Assembly (NCBI GenBank): GCA_024704765.1
Contig: JAKMXF010000342.1
Coordinates: 124,001 to 188,000 of the forward strand
Length of the DNA: 64,000 bases
Direction: 5' to 3'
From: Oopsacas minuta
Lineage: Eukaryota; Animalia; Porifera
Below, one piece after another: positions 50,859 through 62,400 of this stretch (within the stretch, counting starts at the first letter, position 1; each line of letters starts with the position of its first letter). A model generated the notes under the pieces. It ran no database searches. It was given only the letters and a program-made list of their open reading frames with translations, and had not been told where the DNA came from. Both the position numbers and the translations under genes were made by a program.

Positions 50859-53140
50859 CACAACTCAACATGATTTCTCATCAGAGATCACATAAATTTA
50901 TCTTAGCATACTTTTGAATGCTGAACTCGAATCTGCAATCAGAATTTCTCTAGCACGTCTATAGTTATTCTGAAATCCAATATCCATTTTTTCAATAGTA
51001 TAGTATTACCTAGTTACTAAATTGCTATATGAGCATGCCTATTTTGATTCAATTATCCGGAATATAAATGACTTTACTTATTTGAATTCAAGCAAATCAA
51101 ATTATAAACATGCATCGTAATTGTAGAACTCATCCCGACAATTTCTGTTACGTTTGTGGTCTTTTTTGTGTAAAATCACAAAGACGACCAATCACAAATC
51201 AATTAAAGAACATATACAAATTGTACTTCGAATGTCCACTTGGTGACCAAGACAAATCGTGGGCACCACATGTTATATGCACTTCTTGTTCAAGTGGACT
51301 ACGTGATTGGTTGAACAAAAGGAAAGTTTCAATGTCATTTACAATACCCATGGTCTGGAGGGAACAGATAAATCACCTTGATGATTGTTACTGTTGCCTT
51401 ATCGACATTAGAGGATTCTCAGCCAAGAATAAGCACGCTCTTGTTTACCCAGACTTGGATTCTGCTCGCAGGCCAATTCCACACGACATCTCATTACCAA
51501 TCCCAATTCCCAAGCCACAGCAAATTAAAATCGGGTCAGATATGGTGGAGGATGTTCATGCAGATTCTACAGATGCTAATTATGTCCCGGAAGATGAATT
51601 ACTAGAGCCACAAACATTAACACAGGGAGAATTGAATGACCTGGTCAGGGATCTAGACTTATCTAAAGACAAAGCTGAACTCCTTGCATCCAGGCTCAAA
51701 CAGAAAAACCTACTCGACAAAGATGTCCTAGTATCCCACTATTGCAAGCGAAATTTCGATCTCGCTCAACACTACACCACTGATGGTCCACTGTGCTATT
51801 GTAATGATATCGAAGGACTCTATGCAAACCTATTACAACAACATTCTTCCTCTGAATGGCGCCTTTTCATCGACTCGTCAAAACGCAGTTTGAAAGCTGT
51901 CCTGTTGCATAACGGAAATCTTAAGCCTGACGTTCCAATTGCTCACTCCGTCTATCTCAAAGAAACCTTCGCCAATTTGCAGGAAGCTTTGGAGGCAATA
52001 CAGTATAGAACACATATATGGAATATTTGCGGTGATCTTAAGATAATCGGGCTATTGATGGGCTTGCAACAAGGTTTTACAAAGTATTGTTGTTTCCTAT
52101 GTCTATGGGACAGCCGAGCAACTGGTGAACATTATAAAAAATGTGATTGGCCGAAGAGACCTATGAAGTGGGGAAAACCAATTTACAGCATTCGCCATCG
52201 GTAGATCCAAACAAAGTTTTCTTACCCCCACTTCATATTAAACTTGGATTAATGAAAACAATGGGCAAAACAAATTCAGCAGGATTTCTGCATTTGGTAG
52301 GCAAATTTCCGAAACTAAGCGAGGCAAAGTTCAAAGAGGGAGTATTTGTAGGACCACAAATCAGACAAGTATTCAGAGTTCCAGATTTCGAGAAGAAATT
52401 ATCCGAATTAGAAATGAGTGCTTGGAAATCTTTCAAATGGGTTTGTGAAAACTTTTTGGGCAACAAGAAGTCGTCCAACTACAGAGAAGGAGTGGAAACC
52501 TTGCTTAACGCATACGAGAAGATGGGCTGTCGCATGTCGCTAAAACTTCACTTCTTGCACTCTCACCTTGATTTTTTCCCTGAGAACCTTGGTACTGTAA
52601 GTGATGAACAGGGTGAGAGATTCCACCAAGACATACAGGAGATGGAAACCCGATACCAAGGTTTCTGGAATGAGGGCATGATGTCCGATTACTGTTGGAG
52701 GCTCTTCAGAGATAATCCCAACAAGATATATAGAAGGAAGTCGTACTCTCAACACTTTTAGTTTAGTTAGCTACCTTTATACTTCTAGATGGATATGTAT
52801 TTCCCTTTAGTTTGTGAGTAGTTGATACATGCATGAATGTGAATAATTATATGTAAGAGCTAGGATAACAACTGATATTGTCTTGGCATTAATCTAAAAA
52901 CATCGAAACGTTGATTTATTTCAGATAGCTATCATGTAAGAAGGCAAAAACATAGCCACTACCATAAAATAACAGGAAAAATTTAGGAAATACATAAAAA
53001 TCGTTGACTTGTAGATAGAAAAAAACTGGACATGCTGGAAAGAATCTGAAAGCAGATTTGAATTCAGCGTAGAATACTAGCTTAGAAAATGTCAATCTAA
53101 TACTTGATGAGAAAATGAAGTTAAATTTTGTTGACCTGTG
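50859..53140 (+). mobile_element. Chapaev3-like transposon, copy B (2282 bp), inverted duplicate of copy A
   Basis: Same length, identical ORF translations, and no differences seen in the roughly 400-bp 3' end compared by eye. Confidence 0.9.
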
Positions 53141-53229
53141 TTATTTCATGAGAGCATATAATTGTTCAATGAGATTTCTAAATGTGTAAGGAAGAGTGAG
53201 TCAATGATCAAATAATTATAGTACTCAAA

Positions 53230-53285
53230 TAACTTATGCCAGGCGGGCCGGATTCGGTCTGCGGACCGTAGTTTGCCCACCACTG
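53230..53285. mobile_element. Solo terminus of a hAT-Charlie-like element
   Basis: GGCGGGCCGGATTCGGTCTGCGGACCGTAGTTTGCCCACCACTG followed by TTCTAGAG, an NTCTAGAN-type target site. Confidence 0.5.
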
Positions 53286-54326
53286 TTCTAGAGTCTAATT
53301 CGCTCCATACAAATTCGACCATGGACTTTAGCATATTGTGTTTTGAAATTTTGATGCCTAATACTCTCTTTATTCAAAACTAACATTCGAATGGCTCAGG
53401 AAACAGAACAAATTGAAACGTTCTCTTGACAGATTTACCAAAAATCCAAAAATCCAAATATTTGATTTCATTTGCAAACCTGAATTTGAGAGCATAACTA
53501 CGATGGCACCGTTTGCAATATACATTACTCCAACTGATAATATATGTATGATCATGTCACTGCCAAATTGTAAAAGGAGGATTGGAGGAAGCACATTCCC
53601 ATTCCTTCTGTTAGGGTTTTTTGTCCTTGCTATTCGAACTACAAATTCACAAGATATGTTATCTTTACTCAACAAGGATGTTTACTAATTTAAGTTTGTT
53701 TTGGATAGTAACTATCAATTTTGATTTAAACATCAACAACTAATTTGAGGATTTTCATTGGGCTTCTCAAATTTTGGACTATAGAGTACTCTCGTTAATA
53801 TGCACACCAGAGCACTGCCAAAATTCGTAATCATTATCCGAACTAATTTACATTGATTAGTCATCGAAGGGGGTTGATACAATATACTAATTTGTGCTCC
53901 TTATCCGGAGTTACTCCTTAACCGTGTTCGTATTAACTAGACTCTACTGTATATTGCAAGATTGTTGGTGTGCAGATCAAGCATATCATTGATGAGCTAT
54001 TTCTAAGCTCTTTAAACATTTATCATATTTAATCTGATCTCAATCTATGGAAATATTGTTTTACAAAATTTAATGGTTGGAATCGATTAATCAATTTGTT
54101 AACCAACTTTGCCTTCTATCCACTGGAACCACTAACGCAATAGCTGATGATGTATTTCACCGTGTAACGCAATAGAAGTGACCAAGTTAGATTCTGCCTC
54201 GCCATGGGTTGATTTATTTAGCCTTCAGCTATATTTACTTGGTTACCAATTGTACTTGTTGCGAAATGTGTTTTATTCTGTTTTACATTTTATTCTGTTT
54301 ACATTTTATGAAGCTTTATCAATTAG

Positions 54327-54677
54327 GAAGTTGAGGAAGCTTTAGAAGACCTTATTCATGCCAGTAGATTTTCAGAAGATCGATTATTGGTTCAAATAAA
54401 ATCATTGAATAAAGAAATTGTTCTTTTGGAATTCAATATTAGCAACTTGCAATCCTTAGCAAATAATCTTGAATATAAAGCAAGAATGTTTTCATATGGC
54501 GAATTTAAAGAAGAAGATCAGGACTTTCTCGTAAATATTGATAGAAAGGTGCAAAACGTTTATGTAAATTGTATTGGACATAACGAAGCGAATATTGGAA
54601 CATTACAGATGTTGTCGAGTATTGAAAATCGCGTGGAGGAATTATTTGAGACTCTTGACTGTCTAAACATTGAAAAG
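54327..54677 (+). CDS. CFAP100: CFAP100-like gene, C-terminal-region exon
   Basis: AATTAG|GAA acceptor in phase 0 gives NSQ|EVEEALEDL. Peptide LEYKARMFSYGEFK...KVQNVYVNCIGHNEANIGTLQMLSSIENRVEELFE (compare LELKARVFHFGEYK...EANLGTVQMLTIIE). Donor AAG|GTTTGT; 351 nt. Confidence 0.88.
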
Positions 54678-55885
54678 GTTTGTTAAGGAATTAGTAAATC
54701 TAATATTTAGCGCAGCTCCTATACGGAGATGCTATAATGCCATGGATGATGTGCGACGTCATTACAGCCCTTCTTACTTCGCATGGCCTTGCGAAATCTA
54801 GCATCCCGAATTTTCATAAAGATCTCTACACATTCGTATACATTGTGGTTCGGATTTAGCACCACCTCTGGTATGATTTCTTTCTAAAGTTAAAATTTCA
54901 CACCTTTCTATTCAATATTCAATAGTATGATATAGATTAGGTATCAACGTGTTGCCAGTGCTAATTGGGTTGCTAGAGTGTAATTTTAACATTTTCAGAG
55001 CCTGAATTAACAGTTCACAGATTTGCTTTATGTTATCATATTTTCACACCTATTTGCATATGTTCAAATGGCCCTAGAGATGGATTTCGTTTCTACTGCT
55101 AGTAGGGTGAATGACTATGTAGATTTCAAATTCACATTATTACTTCTATATCTACATGTATACTTAAATTATCATTTGGTTAATCATATTTTCACCACTA
55201 TTTTCATATATTTCAATGTTATTCTAGAATATAGTTTTATCGTTAGCCAGGACTAAATGATTCCTATTTTGACGTTTTATTATGATAACAGGGGCGACTG
55301 AACCTCAATCATTATTGGAACATCTTGCACATTAAATCGGGTATCATAACAAGCTAGAAACCTAGTTTGTATGGTTAGCCAAGGGTAATAGATTCGAATT
55401 TTGACATTTCGATTCTTATATACGTATATATGCATGCACGGCGTCCTTGAACCTCAATTTCTTTTGAAAAATTATGGCCTATGGCAATCTGGCATCAAAA
55501 CAAGTAGGTTTGTTAGTGGGTCAATGTTAAGATACTCAAAATTTATTTCTTGCTGAAAAACGAAATCTATTTAGTTGTTTACATTAATTCTATTCAAATG
55601 CAGTTCTCCTACACCATGAATAATAATAACTCAAATAGTTTCTCGCAATTTTTCAGTCATTCTTGGGAAATTCAGAATTCATTAACTCTATTGTTATTGC
55701 TAATTTAATAACCAATATATTCAAAATTCATGACTTTCCATCAGTCAATTACATTCTTAACATCAGAACATGCTAGATACAGAGATGCATGCATTTTAGG
55801 ATAGGATGAAGTTGTAAATATTTATATACAATTTTTCTTATTTATTCGTCTGGAAATCATTTCAAATGCTTGCCATTGAATTCTA

Positions 55886-57193
55886 CAACGGGCGTTCAAA
55901 AAGCTCCGACCCTGCCCCATATTTTTGTAACTATACAGAATACACATGTACTATTATTATATTTTCTCGAAATAATCACCATTAACGTCTATGACTCGTT
56001 GTAAACGATGTAGCCATTTAAAAATACATTAGTATAGTCTTCGGGCGGGATGTCTTTTACGGATCTTCAAATTGCGTTTCCTTGGCCTATTCTGGCATCT
56101 AAATGCGTGCCTGCAGTTCTTTTTCAACTTTATAAGAGCCAGAAATCAAAAGAAGCGCGGTCAGGTGAGTGGGGTAGGTGATCTAGCTCAACAACTGTCA
56201 TTCTATTCAACTCTGACTTTACGAGCTTAGTTTTATGTGGCCGTGCATTATCGTACAATAATCACATGCTCCTTCGCTCCCAGTATTTTTTTCCTACTTC
56301 TGAGAGGCAACTGTTGGCATAAAAGTCCGCGGTAATTGTCTTCCCTTATGGCATTTTAATCTGGGCAACTGGGCCATGTGCCCAAAAGAAAATAGAGTGC
56401 ATGATTTTCTGATCTCTGAAGTCCGGCCTAGGATTGAGAGGAGGCGCCTTACCTTTTATGACCCATACCTTATTTCTTTCCTTGCATAGTGGCTCGTCGT
56501 ATCTTATCCAGGTCTCGTCACCAGTAGTGATTTCTGCCAGCTTCTTGGATCCGAGTCTTTATACTCGGAGAGTATTTTTCTTGCACAAGCTACCCGACGG
56601 TTTTTTTGGTCCTTTGTAAGGGAATGCGGGATCCACCTCGAACAAATTTCGGTAACTCTCAGCTCATCGACAAGTATGGAATGAACAGCTCCCGTTGAGA
56701 TGCCTATACTCATAGCTACTCCTCAACAGTGATATGAGGATCTTCTTCCACTCTCCGCAATTTTCAGAGGTGTTACTGTAGAGAGGGCAGATCAGGGACG
56801 CCCGATTCGTTCCTCATCCTCCAGTGACTCTCGTCCTTCATGAAACCGTTTGGCCACTCCTTCACAGTAATAAATGAAAGATTAGCATCTCCATAAACGA
56901 CTTCCAAGTCAATGAGATAATCTTTTGGGCCAATACCAAGAAGCGTGCAAATTTTCATATAGCATCTTTGCTAAAATTTCAAATTTGAAGCCATTTAACG
57001 TGAAGAATACAAAGATAGTCATATCTGAGAAATTTGAAATAATCGTACCTAGAAAATTGTTGACGATATGATGAAAGTTAGAGTAGTCCTGGATAGATAA
57101 TAGAATAATGTTCATTATGAATACAGATACGTAATATAATATCTTATATCTTAAATTTTATGACCTAGGTCGGGAACTTTTTAACGTCCAATC
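55886..57193 (-). mobile_element. mariner DD34D element, decayed
   Basis: Ends GGGCGTTCAAAAAGCTCCGACC and GGTCGGGAACTTTTTAACGTCC. GDETW, then YDNARPH followed by 34 residues to SPDRASFDF. Confidence 0.8.
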
Positions 57194-57892
57194 TACATTG
57201 AATAATTCATACTTTAATACCTCATTTCAATGGCTCATATGTTTTCAACCATAACTAAGATTTAGGGAAGCCGTTTGATAGGTTGCGGTCTATGAATATA
57301 GAGCCCTATGAATCAGTACGGCAGGTGGGATCTTTGCCCGAATAATTGTTGCCAAATCATTATTAAGACTCAATTGTGTGCTTGTAAATTTGTTTGTTCA
57401 GTCAATTTAAGATTTATGGAATGATATTTCCTTCAATTGGCGATATTGGTATAGTAAATAGCTACATTAGGGTAATGTAGTGTGCTTATTCCGTATGTGA
57501 TATTGTAAACATGTAAACATGTGATGAAAATTTCTTTTCTTGAGATAAATTAATTATGTTTTCACACCCTTTTGATATATTTCTATTTGTGCTAGAGAAT
57601 TCATCTCAACGTATGGTGAGATGTGCTGAATGCCGTACCAATAAGATTTGCTTCCCATTGTTATATAATGAATGTTTATTATCTCAAATATTCTTTGAAT
57701 ATAGATATATCTGGTAAATATCGATTCAGTGTATTTCATTATAAGGCCCTAACTTTTTCGGAAATTAGCGCTGATGTCTTTTGAATTATTTATTATATAG
57801 GCATTAAAGATGTTCTGAAATCCGAACTTTTCTTCACTCTATTCATTGATAGCAATCATCTTGATATCTTAATTTTGATTTTTCTCAATTAG

Positions 57893-58392
57893 GAAGAATA
57901 CTAAAATATTTTCGTTCTTAAAAGAACAAGAAAACGCTTAAAGAGAAAACCTTAAGTTGCGCACTAGTAGAAACAACAGACTGTCTATTTAGCTGGAAGC
58001 CTTAGAATTAACCCTTCAATCCTTAAGGACGAAATTATTAGAAGGATCTAGGGATAAAAAAGGATCGACTATTCCAAAATAATGTTAATATTCGATATTC
58101 TATCCTTATGGAATCTATAAAAAAGACCCTTCTTTCAGGCCAAATTATAATCTTAGGCCATTCGTTCAAGGTGAGTGATAATATTGATTTTCTAGCCTGA
58201 TGGTATCATTGAAGAAAGACCCTTCGTTCAGATCAAGTGATAATATTAGACGTTCGAGCGAAATGGAATCATTAAAGAAATTCCCATTATTCCGTGAAGA
58301 GGACAAACCCGAGTCCAGCTCCTAATGGAGAAGAAACGTGCATAATCTTCTTTTAATAGAGCTGAGAGAATTCAGAGGGCTGCTATAATGAG
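57893..58392 (+). pseudogene. Decayed exon-like segment with an internal 63-nt peptide-like repeat
   Basis: Polypyrimidine-AG acceptor at 57892 and GTAAGA at 58393. A coiled-coil-like frame is broken by several stops; repeats include SLKKDPSFR. Origin unknown. Confidence 0.3.
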
Positions 58393-58899
58393 GTAAGAAT
58401 GGCCTGATCCTCTCGAAATTAACAATGATCTTTGACCTCTGCAGGTGTTTAATATTTCTGTTATCTATTTATTATGCTATAATTACCAATTCAGAACTAA
58501 GTATGTATTTGGATACTAAGAGATTTAGTTTTTTATTAATAGATGGATAGATATATAGGATCAGATACCGTGTTTTCAAATTATATGCTTTCTAAATCTC
58601 ATACCTATGAAATTAATGATTAACCAGAATATTCTTTTGTTCCTGAGGTATTACTTCAGATGTCTAATTTAAAATTGCATAACTGTTCTGTTTGTTGGCG
58701 GGACATCCTGATTTTCTGACCTAACTGCCAATGAGGCTAATGTCTTGGCAAAACCCTTAATTGTTGCTCTATTTTGTAGCCCAGTCCAATGCAAATATAC
58801 TACATCCGACGATGTCCAGCACGATTAGTCCCTTCTGTCCCGCTTTTTCTTTCAAGGCGAACATATACTTGTAAACAAGGTGTTAAGAAATTGATGTCA

Positions 58900-60050
58900 C
58901 TTTTATAACACGTACCATTCTCTAGTTTAATCTAAATAGATATGGTATTTATTTCCTATGTAACCTTCATGCAGTTTTAGACATTTTCTAATTCGACCAG
59001 GCATTAAAGCTATGAGTCTTCCTACTGTCTTCGGTGAGATTTCCTTCCAGCTCAAATTTAACTGGATATCTAAAACTTTTAGGTTGGTTGCGCTCCATTG
59101 CATCCAGGTTGGTTTGCAAATGCCCAGAGGTTTTTGATAGGATTTAAGTCTGATGAGTTCGGAGGTCATAGTTTTTTTGTCCAAAAAGCTGCCATACTGT
59201 TTTTCAACCACTCCTAGCTTCTTTTGGAAGTATGTGTCGGGGCCCCATCTTGTTGAAAAATTGCTTGCGACCTATCTGGCAACAATTTTCTCTCTAGGAT
59301 GGTCGCAGAATTTCTCTTTCGAAGTAAGCTGGATGTTAAAGTCTTTTTCAATATGACTTCCACATAATAGTCTGATGTCACAGTTTGTCTGTGGGGGATT
59401 ATAAGGAGGTCTGTGGGTCTTGATATGACATCACGCCCCATTCCATGATTTTCCAGGATATTTGACTTTTCAATGGGAGGGACACCGACCCTGGATTTCG
59501 CCCATACACTGTCGTTTTGCTTATTCGGAGTGTGGAATTGCCCAAAAGAGGACTCATCTGAGAATAAGACTCTTTCCAGGTGTAAATTGACCTATTCTTC
59601 CTTTCATTGCAGAATTTTAGCCGAGCTGTCCTCTGTTTTTCTGTCAATATGAGTTGAACCTGTGGTTTGTAGGATCGAAGGTTGAGATTTTTGCGTAAGT
59701 ACTAGTGTACTGTCACATGAGAAATAGAAAACCCCTATATTTGAGATTCTTGGAGAAATATCGTGTAGACTTCATCTTATACCCATTGTCTTAGCAATTA
59801 CCTTTTCAGGTTACATAGTGACGGTCGTTTCCTTCGACAGCCCTTCCTGTTCTGTAGTGACTCATCTGCCTTGAACCTCAGCAACCAGTATCGAATGGTA
59901 CGAATATATACTCCTACAACTTTAGCGATCTCATGAATCAACATACCCGCTCCTATCAAGGAAACTGCATGTGTATGGGTATTTGGAGTCACTTCTTTAC
60001 CCATATCAATTTCTAGTATCTTATTGATAGTATTCTTTGACAAATTGAGT
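58900..60050 (-). mobile_element. Tc1-like DD37E transposase remnant
   Basis: QQDGAPTHTSK followed by 37 residues to PI(K)NLW; HTH IAKVVGVYIRTIRYW. TIRs were not resolved. Confidence 0.7.
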
Positions 60051-62219
60051 ATTTTGAGTAGAAGTAATTTGGAAATTAACTGAAATCTAATAGTTGAAGT
60101 ATTTTGAGTATGATAATGGAGTTAAAACGTGATTCATCAATTGATATTGTGGCTCTTTTCATTTCCAAAAGGCCTACAATTGTTGTTCAATTTGTATTAC
60201 TCCGGGTAGGGGAACCAATTTTGACCCTTCATTTGTATTCGTATCAACGAGTTTTGGTTGTATGTTAGAAATAGTTCTTGTGCAATTTTATCGTATAGTT
60301 GTTGTCCCAGCATCTCTCATCGTGCGTTAGTAATGTTGGAACTTCCCTGTGTCATTTATCAATTAATTTCCACCTCCATATAACTGTTCTTGTTGAGATT
60401 TATGATCTTTTTGATATATTTATGGAAATAATATAATATATACGAAATATGTCCGAACAACTCCATGACAATGCCTGGCTAGCTTGATTATATATTTACC
60501 TATCTATACACAGAAATATAGTGATTTCCCTAGATCATTTGTCATGGGGTTCAAGCTCCTAGACGTACTGGTTCCTATTGAGATTAACAGTTTTTGCGAT
60601 ATATTTATGGATTTACGCATACTTGTCTTCTGATTCCGGTATCAATATAATGGATCCAGGAATCTGAATTGATTCAAATTTATACTTCTCCTCATGGTCA
60701 AATTCATTGAGCATTTTTTTCTTTCGTACCTCTTTTAATTTATATCTATATGACTGCAAAGAGACTAGACATCTATGTTTATACAAGGATGACTTTGCCT
60801 ATGTAAGAATGAAACCAAGCAACATTGGTGTTGGGTTTGCGTTGTGTAGGATCCGCCAATTTGATATTTGTATGACCAGAGATGGAAAACATGAAATCAA
60901 CCGGCGGCTAAAGACTGCTAAACATGAATGTATGCTAAATGGATAAACAATCTTCTGTGCCTACTACACTTATTTATGTACCAGAACCAAGACTTCTGCT
61001 AGTATTAGTCACTCCTTTGGCACCAACTTTATAGGTCTAGTCAGTGATAAATGCCCCTTTGGACCATTTTCGATAGTTTGTGATGGAGGCAACCTTATCA
61101 TAGATCTTAAATATTTTACTATACTCGTGAGATATTGGTACAAACAACCATGATATTAACTGTTTCTGGCAATCCTAATTTGTAAGATTGCAACTTTTAT
61201 AAATCTATTTAATGTTCTAATCACTGTTTTAATGAACTTACGCTTTATTGGGAAAGTGTGATCGATTTCCGTCGGATACCGCAAACGTTAAAGTTGTACA
61301 CGTAACTATGTACTCAGTTGAATACGCGAAAAGCAACCACGCTTTATCAGCCTCAGGTATTTGTGCCACTTGACTCACTTGTGTGTAACTACTGCACTAA
61401 AATATATCCCTATATATTTGGATGCTCTACTTATTGATTATATATTTTTATCACTTTAAGTATATTGTAAAGAGTTAAATATTAAGAATCTTCAGTGATG
61501 CAAGCAGGGTTTGAGTAATTCAACTAGTGAGAGTTGAAATACTGCTACCAGGTATTTCAGCCTACTTCGGTGCCTCAAATTCTTGCTTAAATAGTGTCCA
61601 GCCTGATAGCATATTTTGACAGGCAAATAGATTTAGAAACAAAGTGTTAAAATAGTCGAGGACTCTTTAAATAGTTTGGGGTAAAATTAATTGTACACTT
61701 TTACACTTCGCTATCAGTCACCCAACAAATTTACTCTAATATTTGAAACTCATGCAGCCGTATCGGGTAGCATTAATCAGGATACAATCTTTCTTCCTCG
61801 TGGTAGTACAGGTAATATTTTCAAATCTGAAATATTTATGGCTATAGCTGATATTCTAACTTAACAAAAAATGAACTTGATACCTAGAATTAGTTTAGTG
61901 ATTGGGAATGACACTTTAGACCATATTTTAGAGTTTGAATGTGAAATATATGGCGCGTTACTGGGGAATACAGGTGTACGATGATCTTCGCTTGTTTGAT
62001 GAAACTGTTGTCTCAAAAGATACCTGCCAATTTCCCTCACAGGAATGATACATTAAGCGATTTAGCGTTTCTTAACCTCATAATCATGTATATTATTGTA
62101 TCCAATCCATTACACACCTCTGTACACAATTCATGACTACTACCTCTGAGGAAATGATCAAATATTTGGAGAGTTTGTTACTTACAACGTTGCTCCAAAT
62201 AATCAGCTGACATCATATA

Positions 62220-62400
62220 ATCCAACTGCTATAGCTGCTATTGAACATTTCTGGTCATCAATTGGCACATTAGAAGTGGTTACTTCAGTATATACTTCTG
62301 ATTCCCCTATTGCTTACTCTCACTTATCAATACTTTCAAATATTCTTATTATCCTTCCGCATTCTATGGTTAAACAGTTGAAAGTGATTCCAGTTCTTCA
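62220..62400 (+). pseudogene. Possible hAT C-terminal remnant
   Basis: IEHFWSSIG...YSHLSILSNILIILPHS resembles the hAT dimerisation-domain pattern FW...YP.L..L...LL.LPHS. Confidence 0.3.

Noticed and set aside
58171-58195. 25-nt mini-intron GTGAGT...TTCTAG
   Set aside because: It is very short, and removing it leads straight into TGA.
57893-58392. TAA/TAG reassigned to Gln, explaining the in-frame stops
   Set aside because: TGA stops and a frameshift are also present, and the three CFAP100-like exons and the intact transposase contain no in-frame TAR codons. Ordinary decay is the simpler explanation.
60707-61200. RTE-like LINE fragments (DGKHEINRRLKTAK)
   Set aside because: Too short and on inconsistent strands.
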